A DNA stretch of 64,000 nt, from positions 20,757 to 84,756 of the forward strand of contig JAJZRA010000001.1 of NCBI GenBank assembly GCA_021847485.1. Reading direction: 5' to 3'. The notes below the pieces were generated by a model that was not told the origin of the DNA, ran no database searches, and was given only the letters and a program-made list of their open reading frames with translations. The position numbers and the translations under genes were made by a program. Shown here piece by piece: positions 1 through 9,999 of this stretch; within the stretch, counting starts at the first letter, position 1; the number at the start of each line of letters is the position of its first letter. Source of the stretch: a bacterium. Its GTDB lineage: Bacteria; Elusimicrobiota; Elusimicrobia; Elusimicrobiales; UBA9959.

Positions 1-55
1 CTGGCTGGGCAGGGACCATCTGGTAAAGAACGCTAAATAGCAACAGGAGTACAAC

Positions 56-913
56 GTGAAAAAACCTAAAGTCAGCAAGGAAGTCCTCAGGCTCCGCCGT
101 TCCAAAGCCTACCGGAAAGCCTACCTGGACCCCGAATTCCTCAGCAGCGACGAGATGCGGCCGGTGCGCCTGCAGCTCGAACTGCAGAAGCCGGAGATGA
201 CCCTGGCCGAGTACGGCGTGAAGTCCACCGTCGTGGTCTTCGGCAGCGCCCGGATCTGGGACGCGGCGCAGTCCGAGGAGCGCGTCAGGCAGGTGAAGGC
301 CCTGCTGAAGAAGGACCCGAAGAACCCCGTCCTCCGCAACAAGCTGGCCTCGGTGGTCAGGCTGAAGAACTCCACGAAGTACTACGACGTGGCCCGCGAC
401 TTCGGCAGGCTGGTCTCGCAGAGCGAGGTGCTGCCCGGCCGCAAGCTCGTGGTCGTCACCGGCGGCGGCCCCGGCATCATGGAAGCCGCCAACCGCGGCG
501 CCCACGAGGCCGGCGCGCACAGCATCGGCCTCAATATCACGCTGGAGATGGAACAGGGGCCCAACCCCTACGTCTCCCCGGAGTTCTGCTTCCGCTTCCA
601 CTACTTCGCCGTGCGCAAGATGCACTTCGTGATGCGCGCCAGGGCGCTCGTCGTCTGCCCCGGCGGTTTCGGCACGATGGACGAGCTCTTCGAGGTGCTG
701 ACCCTCGTGCAGACCGGCAAGAAGAGCCGCCTGCCGATAGTGCTCGTCGGCAAGAAGTACTGGACCGACGTGATGAACTTCCCGAACATGGCCAAGTGGG
801 GCTATATCTCGAAGGAAGACCTCAAGCTGTTCCGCTACGCGGAGACCGGCGAGGAGATCCTCGGGCACATCGAGGACTTCTACAGGAAATACCCGCTGGC
901 TAACGGCAAATGA
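56..913 (+). CDS. LOG family (TIGR00730-type) nucleotide phosphoribohydrolase
   Basis: VFGSAR, TGGGPGIMEAANRGA and PGGFGTMDELFE motifs; GTG start after AGGAG. Confidence 0.9.
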   Translation: MKKPKVSKEVLRLRRSKAYRKAYLDPEFLSSDEMRPVRLQLELQKPEMTLAEYGVKSTVVVFGSARIWDAAQSEERVRQVKALLKKDPKNPVLRNKLASVVRLKNSTKYYDVARDFGRLVSQSEVLPGRKLVVVTGGGPGIMEAANRGAHEAGAHSIGLNITLEMEQGPNPYVSPEFCFRFHYFAVRKMHFVMRARALVVCPGGFGTMDELFEVLTLVQTGKKSRLPIVLVGKKYWTDVMNFPNMAKWGYISKEDLKLFRYAETGEEILGHIEDFYRKYPLANGK

Positions 914-2136
914 GCCGCGCGGGGGGGGCGGCGGCCTGGGGCCTGGCGGTCTTGACCGCCGGCGCCGCCCTGGCCGCCGCCGCTCTCGTGGCCCTCTACC
1001 CGCCTCCCGCTACCTTCTCCCTGATCTATCCTCCGGCCAGCCCGCACGTGCGGGACGGCCGTTTCGCCGGGCCCGCCTGCAACGGCGTGCAGTGCCGGCT
1101 GTGCCCTTACGAGTGCTTCCTGCCCGAAGGCGCCCGCGGCCGCTGCCGCGTGCGCATGAACTGCGGGGGCCGCATAAAGACGCTGGTCTACGGCCAGCCG
1201 GCCGCCGTCCACGTCGACCCGATCGAGAAGAAGCCGGTCTACCACATGTACCCGGGCAGCCTCGTCTACTCGCTGGCCACCGCGGGGTGCAACCTCTCGT
1301 GCAAGGGCTGCCAGAACTGGGAGATCTCGCAGATCTACCCGGAACAGGCCCCCGCGCGCCTGGCCGTGCCGTCGTCGCTGCTGTTCCGGGCGGACCCCGG
1401 CGGCCGCGCGTTCGGCGAGCTGGCCGTCTCCGAGGTCTCCTCGCTGCCGCCGGAGAAAGTGGTAGAGTACGCGCTGGCCACCCGCTGCCGCTCCGTGGCG
1501 TACACCTATTCCGAGCCGACCGTCTTCTACGAGTACATGTACGACACCGCCGCGCTGGCCAGGAAGAACGGCCTGCGCAACGTGATGGTCAGCGCCGGTT
1601 TCATCAACCCGGAGCCGCTCGAGCGGCTGCTGCCGCTGATGGACGTGGTGAAGATAGACCTGAAGGGCTTCAGCGGCAAGTTCTACCGGGCCTATACCGG
1701 CGGCCGCCTGGAGCCGGTCAAGCGCACGCTGCTGGAGCTCAAGAAGAAGGGCGCCCTCGTCGAGGTGGTGAACCTGGTGGTGCCCGGCCTCAACGACGCC
1801 CCGGCGGACATCGACGCGCTGACGACGTGGGTGCGCGACGCGCTCGGGCCCGACACCCCGCTCTTCTTCACGCGCTTCACGCCCGCCTACCTGGCTGGCG
1901 ACCTGCCGCCCACGCCGGTCGCCACGCTGGACCGGGCGCGGGAGACGGCGATGAAGAAAGGGCTGCGGTACGTCTACGTCGGCAACGTGCCGGGCGACCC
2001 GGGCGAGAACACCTACTGCCCCAAGTGCGGCAGGGTGCTGGTCCGGCGCTACGGCTACGCCGTGCTCGAGGACAGGCTGACCGCGACCGGCGGCCGCTGC
2101 CCGTGGGACGGCACTAAGATACCCGGTATCTGGTAG
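910..2136 (+). CDS. amrS: AmmeMemoRadiSam system radical SAM enzyme
   Basis: N-terminal CRLCPYEC..CRVR, HVDPIEKKP, CNLSCKGC(QNWEISQ), C-terminal CPKC; next to Memo/AMMECR1 gene. Confidence 0.9.
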   Translation: MSRAGGAAAWGLAVLTAGAALAAAALVALYPPPATFSLIYPPASPHVRDGRFAGPACNGVQCRLCPYECFLPEGARGRCRVRMNCGGRIKTLVYGQPAAVHVDPIEKKPVYHMYPGSLVYSLATAGCNLSCKGCQNWEISQIYPEQAPARLAVPSSLLFRADPGGRAFGELAVSEVSSLPPEKVVEYALATRCRSVAYTYSEPTVFYEYMYDTAALARKNGLRNVMVSAGFINPEPLERLLPLMDVVKIDLKGFSGKFYRAYTGGRLEPVKRTLLELKKKGALVEVVNLVVPGLNDAPADIDALTTWVRDALGPDTPLFFTRFTPAYLAGDLPPTPVATLDRARETAMKKGLRYVYVGNVPGDPGENTYCPKCGRVLVRRYGYAVLEDRLTATGGRCPWDGTKIPGIW

Positions 2137-2144
2137 GGGGGGAC

Positions 2145-3599
2145 ATGCATAAACTCATATTCTGCTGCGCGCTGCTGGCGGCCGCGCCTTGCGCCGCGCG
2201 CGAGCCGGCCGTGGCCGGGCAGTTCTACCCGGCGGACCCGGCCGAGCTGGCCGGGACCGTCGACGCCTACCTGGCCGCCGCCGCCACGGGCTACGCCCCG
2301 GCGGCGGACGTCGTCGCGGCGGTCAGCCCGCACGCCGGCTATGAGTTCTCCGGCCGGCTGGCGGCGCTGGCCGTCAGGAACGTGGCCGACTCCTACGACA
2401 CCGTCGTCGTGCTGGCTACCGGCCATACCGAGGCCGTGAAAGGGGCCGCGTTGCTGGCCTCCGACGATTATTCCACGCCGCTCGGCAGGGTGCCCACCGA
2501 CCGCGCGCTCGCCGCGGCGCTGCTGAAGGCGAGCCCGCTCTTCGAGGACCGCCCGTCGGCGCACGCGCGCGAGCACGCCGTCGAGGTGCAGCTGCCGTTC
2601 CTGCAGCGCCGGCTGAAGAAGCCGTTCAAGCTGCTGGCCGCCGTGCTGAACACTGACGACCGGGCCGCGCTGAAGAAGATCGGGGCGGCGCTCGCCGCCG
2701 CGCTGCGCGGCCGCAAGGCGCTGATCCTGGTGTCCACCGACTTTTCCCATTACCCGCCCCACTCCGTCGCGGCCCCCGCGGACGGGGCGATGGCCCTGGC
2801 CGCGGAGTCCATGGACCCGGCGCTGGTCGCCGCCACGTCGCGCGTGCTGCTGGCCGCCGGGGCGCCGGGCCTCGAGACCTGCGCCTGCGGCGAGGCCGCC
2901 CTCGAGGCGGGGATGGAGGCCGCGCGCCTGCTCGGCGCGAAGTCCTTTTCCGTCCTCAAGACGGCGGATTCCTATTCCGAGGCCCCGGCCCTCTCCGGTC
3001 CGGACAGGGTGGTGGGCTATATCGCCGGGCTCTTCCTGAAGACGGGGACGCCGCCGTCCCTGGCGCTGGATAAAGGCCAGAAGGCCTTCCTGCTGGCCGA
3101 GGCGCGGCGCACCGTCGCCGCCGCGCTCTCCGGGAAGAAGCCCGCCGCCGGCCTGGCCGCGGACCCGCGCCTGGACCTGCCTGGCGCGGCCTTCGTCACG
3201 CTGACCATAGGCGGCGCGCTGCGCGGCTGCGTCGGCACGGTGGAGCCGGTCATGACGCTGGCGGACGCCGTGCGTTACGGCGCCTATTCCGCGGCCTTCC
3301 GCGACGGGCGCTTCCGGCCGCTGACCGCGGCCGAGCTGCCTAAGGTGAAGATGGAAGTGTCGGTGCTGTCCCGTCTGAAGCCGTCATCGGCCGCGGCACT
3401 TAAGCCCGGCCGCGACGGGGCCGTGGTGGAGAAGGGCGGCCGGTCCGGCCTCTTCCTGCCTCAGGTCTGGGAACAGTTGCCGGACAGGAAGGAGTTCCTC
3501 GGCGAGCTTTGCGAACAGAAGGCCGGCCTCCCGCGCGACTGCTGGAAGGACCCGGCGGTGAAGATCTACTCCTTTACGGTAGACGCTTTCTCGGAGTGA
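2145..3599 (+). CDS. amrB: AmmeMemoRadiSam protein B-A fusion (Memo + AMMECR1), with signal-like N-terminus
   Basis: REPAVAGQFYP, PHAGY, EHAVEVQLPFL, DFSHY (Memo); AFVTL..LRGCVG and GLFLPQVW (AMMECR1). Confidence 0.9.
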   Translation: MHKLIFCCALLAAAPCAAREPAVAGQFYPADPAELAGTVDAYLAAAATGYAPAADVVAAVSPHAGYEFSGRLAALAVRNVADSYDTVVVLATGHTEAVKGAALLASDDYSTPLGRVPTDRALAAALLKASPLFEDRPSAHAREHAVEVQLPFLQRRLKKPFKLLAAVLNTDDRAALKKIGAALAAALRGRKALILVSTDFSHYPPHSVAAPADGAMALAAESMDPALVAATSRVLLAAGAPGLETCACGEAALEAGMEAARLLGAKSFSVLKTADSYSEAPALSGPDRVVGYIAGLFLKTGTPPSLALDKGQKAFLLAEARRTVAAALSGKKPAAGLAADPRLDLPGAAFVTLTIGGALRGCVGTVEPVMTLADAVRYGAYSAAFRDGRFRPLTAAELPKVKMEVSVLSRLKPSSAAALKPGRDGAVVEKGGRSGLFLPQVWEQLPDRKEFLGELCEQKAGLPRDCWKDPAVKIYSFTVDAFSE

Positions 3600-5614
3600 C
3601 GCCGGGCCAGCAGGCCGCCCGCCAGGGCGGCGGCCGCGGCGGCGCAGAAGATATAGAACGAGCCGCGGATGCCCGCCAGCGGTACGCTGAATGCGGCCGC
3701 GGCGAGCCCCCCGGCGGCCCCGCCGGCCAGGTCCCAGGCGTAGACGTCCCGGCCCGCGGACCCCGCCGCCGCCGCGAAGAAGGCGCCGGACGCGCCCCCG
3801 CCGAGGAGGATCAGCGTCCTGGCGCTCCAGGGCGCCAGTGCGGCCTGCGGGTGCAGGCCGGCGCAGAGAGCCAGCGCCGCCGCCGCGCTCTCGGCTAAAA
3901 AGACCGTCCTCGGCGAGCGGCCGCGGCCGGCGGCCGCCCCGGCGGCCGCCCCGGCCATGAAGAGCGCGAACATCGCGCCCAGTTCCGGGCTCAGCCTGCC
4001 CGTGCCGGACTGGAAGGCCAGCAGGACCGTCGTCTCGAACCCCAGCGCCCAGAACCCCACCAGGAAAGCCTCTCCGGTGCGCTCTTCCTCGGAGAAGCGC
4101 AGCTTCCCGGCCAGCGAGCGGCCGGCGAAAGCGGCCGCCCCGGCCAGCGCCGCGAGCCCCAGCAGCGCGCCCGGAGACATGACCATGGACAGCCACGCCC
4201 GCCAGAAGTTGAAATAGGAGAGCGGGTCCAGGTCGGTGTTGAGCGGAGGGTCCTTGACCTTGGCTATCTCGCCGGCGGCCCAGGCCCGCCGGTAAGGGTC
4301 CAGGATGAAGGGCAGGGCGGAAGGCACGACGAACCTGGAATGGATCTTGCGCCGCGCGTAGGCCGCCGCCAGCGCGGCCGGGTCCAGGTTCAGCTGTCCG
4401 CGGGAGGCCAGGACCGTCAGCCGGGCTCCGGGCAGGAGCTCCACGTGGGGGAAGACGGCGCGCGCGGAGGCCAGCACGCAGGCGGCGGCGTAGGCCTGGC
4501 TCGGCGGCACGTAGTTCTCCGCGAAAGGCAGCTGGAAGACCAGCGCGCCGCCCGGCTCCAGCAGGGCCGCGGCCTTCCTGAAATACTCCACCGTGTAGAA
4601 CCGGTTCTGAGCGGCGTTCTCCGGCGGCCCTCCGGCGTTGAAGACCGCGGCGTAGCGGCCGTCCCGGCCGGCGAGAGCGCGCGGGTCGGCGCGCAGCTCC
4701 GTGAAAGAGCCGCTCTTCGCGCCGGCCAACCGCGCGAGGGCCGCCGCCTTGAACGCGTCGGGCTCGGCGATCTCGGCCGCGGCGGGGGAATGTTTTAGGA
4801 CCTCCGCCAGCGCGAACCACGCGCCGCCGCCGTGGAGCAGCACCGGGCCCGGCCGCTTCAGCGCGAGCAGCGGCACGTGCACCAGCTCCTCGGGGGCCGG
4901 GTCGTCGGGCGCGTGCAGCGGCCTGCCGTCCTCGTAGACGGAGCCGTCCGCCGTCACGGAGAGACGGGAACCCTCGGTCTGGACCGTGCCGACGGGCGGC
5001 GGGGCGGGCGGCTTGAGCGTCCACAGCCGCGGGGCCGCGGCAGCCGCCGCGCCCAGGACCAGGACCGCGAAGCCGGCCGCCGCCGCCTTGCGGGGCGAGC
5101 GCGGCCGCAGGGCGGCCCAGGCCGCCGCCAGCGCCAGCGCCGGTATTGCCAGCACCAGCACCGGCTCCACGCCGGGAAAAAGATGGTAATAGAGGACCGT
5201 GAAAGCGCCCGCCGCCGCGGACCCGGCGGCCTCGGCCGCGTAGAACGCCGCCGGCCTGCCGCCGAGCGCCAGGCCTGCGGCGAAGCCGTTCGCGAGCGCG
5301 GCGGGCAGGCAGAGCAGGGCCGGGCCGGCCAGCATGGCGGCAAGCCCCGGCTGGTAGAGGGCGGGCAGCGCGCCGGGTACCAGGCGCACGGCGAGAACGT
5401 TGAGCGGCGCGGCGAGGGCGAAGAGCAGCGCCGCCCCGGCGAAGCCCCGCTCGCCGCCGCGCGCCAGCCGGGCCCCGGCGCCGGTCCAGACCAGCCAGGC
5501 CGCCAGCGCCGCGGCCAGCGAGAGCTCGTGCGCCGCGAAGACCTGCGAGATCTCCCGCAGCAGCAGCGTCTGGGCCAGCAGCGAGGCCAGGCCGAAGAGT
5601 AGGAAGAGCGCCAT
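3566..5614 (-). CDS. Membrane-bound spermidine-synthase-like protein (TM + SAM-binding fold + TM)
   Basis: LLAQTLLLREI start, EELVHVPL, LLHGGG, NRFYTVEYF, NTDLDP, YAWDLAGG; start moved to MALFLLFG to avoid overlap with the divergent gene. Confidence 0.7.
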   Translation of the reverse strand: MALFLLFGLASLLAQTLLLREISQVFAAHELSLAAALAAWLVWTGAGARLARGGERGFAGAALLFALAAPLNVLAVRLVPGALPALYQPGLAAMLAGPALLCLPAALANGFAAGLALGGRPAAFYAAEAAGSAAAGAFTVLYYHLFPGVEPVLVLAIPALALAAAWAALRPRSPRKAAAAGFAVLVLGAAAAAAPRLWTLKPPAPPPVGTVQTEGSRLSVTADGSVYEDGRPLHAPDDPAPEELVHVPLLALKRPGPVLLHGGGAWFALAEVLKHSPAAAEIAEPDAFKAAALARLAGAKSGSFTELRADPRALAGRDGRYAAVFNAGGPPENAAQNRFYTVEYFRKAAALLEPGGALVFQLPFAENYVPPSQAYAAACVLASARAVFPHVELLPGARLTVLASRGQLNLDPAALAAAYARRKIHSRFVVPSALPFILDPYRRAWAAGEIAKVKDPPLNTDLDPLSYFNFWRAWLSMVMSPGALLGLAALAGAAAFAGRSLAGKLRFSEEERTGEAFLVGFWALGFETTVLLAFQSGTGRLSPELGAMFALFMAGAAAGAAAGRGRSPRTVFLAESAAAALALCAGLHPQAALAPWSARTLILLGGGASGAFFAAAAGSAGRDVYAWDLAGGAAGGLAAAAFSVPLAGIRGSFYIFCAAAAAALAGGLLARRHSEKASTVKE

Positions 5615-5636
5615 CGATTTTATATCATAATATACC

Positions 5637-6767
5637 ATGACCGGCACGGGCAACGTCAGGGGGAGAACTGTCGGGGCGGGCGTCTTCGGGGCGCTCCTCT
5701 TCCTGCCGGTCTTTTTCCTTTCCTCGCGCATAGCCGCGGCCGGTCCCGGCGCCCGCTACGCGCTGCCCTGGGCGCTCTTCGCCGCCGGCATCGGCGCGGC
5801 CATCGTTTACACCGGCAGGGTCTCCTTTTTCCGGCGTATATTCTTTTCGGTCTCCGCGCTGGCCTTCCTGGTCCACTTCAAGCTGGGGATGCTCTACAAG
5901 GTTTTCAACGTCACCTGCTCCAAGGACGCCCCTTTCTGCCATATAGCGATGGCGCCCTACTTTACCGGCTACCTCTACCAGCAGTATCTCGCCTTCATGA
6001 GCGGCGGCTGGAAGCTGTGGGGGCCGCTGACGCTGGGCGCGGCGTGGCTCTTCGTGACGCTGGCGATAGGCAGGGGCTGGTGCTCCTGGGCCTGTTTCTA
6101 CGGCGGGATAGACGACGGCCTGCGCGCGCTGCCGCGCCGCGCCCTGCTGAAGCCCGGCGCCTGGGCCGCCAGGTTCAGGGACCTGCCCGCCGCGCTGCTG
6201 GTCTTCCTGCTGCTGGCCTCCTTCGCCTATATGCTGCCGGTCTACTGTCTGTGGCTCTGCCCGTTCAAGCTGACGGGGGAGTTCCTGGACGCCGAGCGCT
6301 CGACGAGGGCGCTGCAGTACGGCCTGATGGGCCTGGCGCTGGCGGCGCTGACGCTCGGGCCGCTGCTCACCAAGAAGCGCGTCTTCTGCTCCTACCTGTG
6401 CCCGTTCGCCGCCTGGCAGGCCTTCTGGGGGCGGATCAACCCTTTCCGCGTGACGCCGGCCGAGGCCTGTTCCGGCTGCGGCGCCTGCGCGCGCGTCTGC
6501 CCTATGTCGGCCATAAAGAGCGGGCCGGGAGGCAGGGCCGAGGTCCTCGCCTACTGCAACCTCTGCGGCGAATGCGTGGAAGCCTGCCCCGCCGGAGGCT
6601 TGCGCTATACCCTCTTCGGGCTGGAGCTCCCCGGCGGCGGCGCCCTGGCCGGTTTCCTGACCGCGCAGAATTTTTACGTGTACTCGGCCCTGACGCTGGG
6701 GGCCGTATTCTCTTCGTTGTGGGCGCCGGCAGCGCTGAAGGACGTGATCGGCGCGCTGGCCCGCTAA
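5637..6767 (+). CDS. Membrane 4Fe-4S binding protein (NapH/FixG-like)
   Basis: GRGWCSWACFYG, FCSYLCP, CSGCGACARVCP, CNLCGECVEACP; several TM helices. Confidence 0.85.
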   Translation: MTGTGNVRGRTVGAGVFGALLFLPVFFLSSRIAAAGPGARYALPWALFAAGIGAAIVYTGRVSFFRRIFFSVSALAFLVHFKLGMLYKVFNVTCSKDAPFCHIAMAPYFTGYLYQQYLAFMSGGWKLWGPLTLGAAWLFVTLAIGRGWCSWACFYGGIDDGLRALPRRALLKPGAWAARFRDLPAALLVFLLLASFAYMLPVYCLWLCPFKLTGEFLDAERSTRALQYGLMGLALAALTLGPLLTKKRVFCSYLCPFAAWQAFWGRINPFRVTPAEACSGCGACARVCPMSAIKSGPGGRAEVLAYCNLCGECVEACPAGGLRYTLFGLELPGGGALAGFLTAQNFYVYSALTLGAVFSSLWAPAALKDVIGALAR

Positions 6768-6779
6768 AAGGATGGAAGA

Positions 6780-6974
6780 ATGAAAGACGGGAAATGGCTG
6801 GAACCGCGCTACACTAGCAAGGAGATCTTCGAGAAGGATTACTCCAAGCTTGACCTCTCCGGAATGGAAGTGAGGTGCCCGGGCTGCAAGGACGGGGTCG
6901 CGCTCAACCATAAGAACAACTTCGGCAAGAACGCCGGCTGGTGCAAGCGCTGCAACCGGGCCGTCAACATCTAG
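6780..6974 (+). CDS. Small Zn-ribbon-like protein (CxxC...CxxC)
   Basis: 64 aa with CPGC and CKRC; fills the gap in an operon; purine-rich RBS. Confidence 0.65.
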   Translation: MKDGKWLEPRYTSKEIFEKDYSKLDLSGMEVRCPGCKDGVALNHKNNFGKNAGWCKRCNRAVNI

Positions 6975-6992
6975 CGCCGTCAGCGGTCCGAG

Positions 6993-7610
6993 ATGCCGGC
7001 ACTTTTCGCCGAAGGCTTCCTGCTGGGGCTTTCCACCGGCTTCTACTGCCTCGCCTCCTGCCTGCCGCTGCTGGCGCCGTACATGCTGGCCGAGGGCGGC
7101 GGGACCTGGAAGCCCAACCTCCTGATCTTCCTGCGTTTCGCGGGCGGCCGCCTGGCCGCCTACGCGCTCTTCGCGCTGCTGGCCACGCTGGCGGGCCGGG
7201 CCGGCCGGTACGCGCTGCCCGGCTGGGCGGTGCCCGCCTCGCTGCTGGCCTGCGGCCTGCTGATGACGGCCCTGGCCCTGCTGCGGACGGCCGGCGGGGG
7301 GAAGGCTCTCTGCGCTCTCGAGCGCGGGCTTTCCCCGGCCCTCAAGAGGCTGCCGCTGGCTATGGGCTTCGCCACCGGAATTAACATCTGCCCGCCTTTC
7401 GCCGCCGGCTTTCTTAGGCTGGTCGGGCTGGCCGACCTGCCGAAGGGCTTCGCTTACTTCGGCGGCTTCTTCGTTTCCACTACCCTTTTCCTGACCCCGG
7501 TCCTGCTGGGGACCCCCTGGCTGGGCCGGCGCGCCAACGAGATCGGGCGCCTCACCCTGCTGGTGGCCGGCCTCTGGTTCTGCCTGCTCGGGCTTAAAGG
7601 TCTTATTTGA
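6993..7610 (+). CDS. DsbD_2 / sulfite-exporter-like membrane protein
   Basis: GFLLGLSTGFYCLASC, GRLAAY and NICPP motifs; hydrophobic. Confidence 0.75.
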   Translation: MPALFAEGFLLGLSTGFYCLASCLPLLAPYMLAEGGGTWKPNLLIFLRFAGGRLAAYALFALLATLAGRAGRYALPGWAVPASLLACGLLMTALALLRTAGGGKALCALERGLSPALKRLPLAMGFATGINICPPFAAGFLRLVGLADLPKGFAYFGGFFVSTTLFLTPVLLGTPWLGRRANEIGRLTLLVAGLWFCLLGLKGLI

Positions 7611-7657
7611 CATTCGTCATAGGTCCTAGGGCCTATATCCATATAGGCCTTTTGGCC

Positions 7658-7687
7658 TTGCCGGGTTTTACCTTTCGGGCCTATAAT
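7658..7687 (+). promoter_or_regulatory. Putative sigma70 promoter for the carboxypeptidase
   Basis: TTGCCG-18nt-TATAAT in an AT-rich intergenic region. Confidence 0.45.
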
Positions 7688-7725
7688 TAATAAGTAGTTG
7701 ATTATAGTCAACAAGGATTTTCAGC

Positions 7726-9021
7726 ATGAAGAAACTGCTCCTCGTCTCCCTGCTCCTCCAGGCCGCTTATTTCGCGGCGCCGCTCCAGGCCGAAGACAAT
7801 GTCTCCTATTCCCAGCTGCTCGCCCAGCTGAGCGTGCCCGCGGCCGACATAGCCCCGGAGCCTTCCTATTCCAAGTCCACCCTGCCGGGCGCGGACGAGG
7901 GGCGTTACTGGGTAACGGTGCTGGCCGCCGACAAGCACGCCCGTACCCGCCTGCTGGAAGCCGGCATGGACATCGTGGAGATCAGCAAGGACAGGGTCTC
8001 CGGCTTCGCCGGCCCCTACACGATGGCGCAGCTCTCCTCCAAGGCCTTCACCCTGGTCTCCAAGGTGCCGGCCTCCGCGCTGGCGGGCGGCTATAACAAG
8101 GATTTCCCTTCGGCCGACTCCGCCTACCACAACTACAAGGAGACGACCGACCTGCTGAACTCGCTGGCCGCCAAGAACTCCGACATCGCCTCGGTCTTCT
8201 CCATCGGCAAGACCACCGAGGGCCGCGATATCTGGTGCCTGCGCATCAACTCCAGCGCCAAGGGCACGGCGCCCAGCTCCAAGCCGGGGGCTTTCTTCCT
8301 GGGCAATATCCACGCCCGCGAGCACCTGGCCAACGAGGTGCCGCTGCTGCTGGCCGCCTGGCTGATGGACCACCGCAACGACGCCGACGTCAAGAAATAT
8401 ATATCCACGCTCGACATCTACATAGTGCCGATGGGCAACCCCGACGGCGTGGAGTACGACGTCAAGAGCGGCAGCTACCAGTACTACCGCAAGAACATGA
8501 GCGTCAACAGCGACAAGTCGCGGGGCGTGGACCTCAACCGCAACTTCGATTCCTGGTGGTGCGAGTCCGGGGCCTCGACGTACCCGAACTCCGACACCTA
8601 CTGCGGCCCTAAGGCCTTCTCCGAGCCCGAGAGCCAGGCCATCAAGCGTTTCTTCGAGGCGCGCCGCAACATCAAGACGCACATCAGCTACCACTCCTAC
8701 GCGAGCGAGATCCTCTACCCGTGGGGCGGCAACGAGGCCGACGTGCCCAACGCCAAGGACAAGCAGGCTTTCGTGAAGATCGCGGGCGAGATGGCCAAGC
8801 TGACCGGCTACGAGTCGCTGAAGTCCAGCGACATGTACATCGCCACCGGCGACAGCTGCGACTGGGCCTACGCCGCCACCGGCGTGCTGGCCTTCACGTT
8901 CGAGCTGGAAGGCCGCGGCTTCTACCCGGGTGCGGCCATCATCAACGGGGCGGCGGACCGCAATATCAAGGCGGCCGTCTACCTGCTGAGCGTGACCGAT
9001 AATCCCTACAAGAACATCTGA
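7726..9021 (+). CDS. Secreted M14 zinc carboxypeptidase (carboxypeptidase T-like)
   Basis: Signal peptide; HARE, NPDG, RKN, GVDLNRNF, HSY and FTFEL motifs. Confidence 0.92.
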   Translation: MKKLLLVSLLLQAAYFAAPLQAEDNVSYSQLLAQLSVPAADIAPEPSYSKSTLPGADEGRYWVTVLAADKHARTRLLEAGMDIVEISKDRVSGFAGPYTMAQLSSKAFTLVSKVPASALAGGYNKDFPSADSAYHNYKETTDLLNSLAAKNSDIASVFSIGKTTEGRDIWCLRINSSAKGTAPSSKPGAFFLGNIHAREHLANEVPLLLAAWLMDHRNDADVKKYISTLDIYIVPMGNPDGVEYDVKSGSYQYYRKNMSVNSDKSRGVDLNRNFDSWWCESGASTYPNSDTYCGPKAFSEPESQAIKRFFEARRNIKTHISYHSYASEILYPWGGNEADVPNAKDKQAFVKIAGEMAKLTGYESLKSSDMYIATGDSCDWAYAATGVLAFTFELEGRGFYPGAAIINGAADRNIKAAVYLLSVTDNPYKNI

Positions 9022-9036
9022 GCGGCCAGGCCGCGC

Positions 9037-9072
9037 AAGAAAGGCCCGGGACTCCCCGGGCCTTTTCTTTTT
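9037..9072. terminator. Bidirectional rho-independent terminator
   Basis: AAGAAAGGCCCGGG-actc-CCCGGGCCTTTTCTT between convergent genes. Confidence 0.8.
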
Positions 9073-9093
9073 CTAATAGCCGCCCCGGGGGCG

Positions 9094-9999
9094 CTATTTA
9101 AGGGTGAGCGAGTAGGACTTGATGGTGAAGGCGGGGTAGTAGGATTCCTTGGCCTTGACCAGGCCGGGCTTGCCGAGGTCGCTCTCCTTGTTGATGAAGG
9201 AGTAGCCGTGCGGCAGGTGCTTGGCCAGCTCGTTGTCGAGGAACTGGTAGAGGCCCTTCACGTCGTCGAGGGCCTTCTCGAAATTGAGCACGAAGACGCC
9301 GTCGGAGAGGCGCGAGCCGAAGGCGAAGCCGGAGATCTCGCCGTCGATGCGGACCAGCACGCCCTTCATCTCGAGCAGCTCGAAGTGCTTTAACCCGGTG
9401 ACGATGGCCTTGCGCTCGCAGTTCAGCATGTCCAGCCGCGCGCCCACTTCGGGGTCCCTGGCCCAGCGGTCCAGCAGGTTCAGGCAGGCGCCGTTGTTGG
9501 CCTTGGTCAGCGGTTCCACCTTCACTTTTTTCAGCGCGGCCGTCTGCTTGTTGAACTGCGCTATCAGGTTGCGCTTCTTGGAATACTTGTGGCCGGCCAG
9601 GCCGGCCATGTCGGAGGTCCGGTAGAGGTAATCCTTGTAGCCCTGCTGCTCCTCCACGGTGAAGAGCTCCTCCAGAGCGGAGCGGTGGCGCTCGCAGTAG
9701 TCCTGCGGCACGTAATAATAGCGGGTATGGCGGTGGCGGCGGGCGACGTCGGCGAGCTCGCGCGGCTCGAGCTCGCGGAAAGGGCACGGCACCGGCATCA
9801 GCAGGCGCTTCTCCGACGGCGGCTCGATGTCGGTCTCGGCGATCAGCAGCAGGTCGCCGTCTATCCGCCAGCCCACCTCGTAGAGGCAGCGGTTCCAGAC
9901 CACTATCGTGGCGGGGGAATACTCGCACAGCGGGTAGCGGTGCTTGTCGAAGAACTTCTTTATCGAGGGGTAATCCTCGGGCTTGAGACGGTTAAACAT
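9094..9999 (-). CDS. DUF2156 / phosphatidylglycerol lysyltransferase-like domain protein
   Basis: DYLY...LAGHKYSKKRN, FEKA, GLYQ, INKESDLGKPGLVKAKESYYP. Confidence 0.85.
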   Translation of the reverse strand: MFNRLKPEDYPSIKKFFDKHRYPLCEYSPATIVVWNRCLYEVGWRIDGDLLLIAETDIEPPSEKRLLMPVPCPFRELEPRELADVARRHRHTRYYYVPQDYCERHRSALEELFTVEEQQGYKDYLYRTSDMAGLAGHKYSKKRNLIAQFNKQTAALKKVKVEPLTKANNGACLNLLDRWARDPEVGARLDMLNCERKAIVTGLKHFELLEMKGVLVRIDGEISGFAFGSRLSDGVFVLNFEKALDDVKGLYQFLDNELAKHLPHGYSFINKESDLGKPGLVKAKESYYPAFTIKSYSLTLK

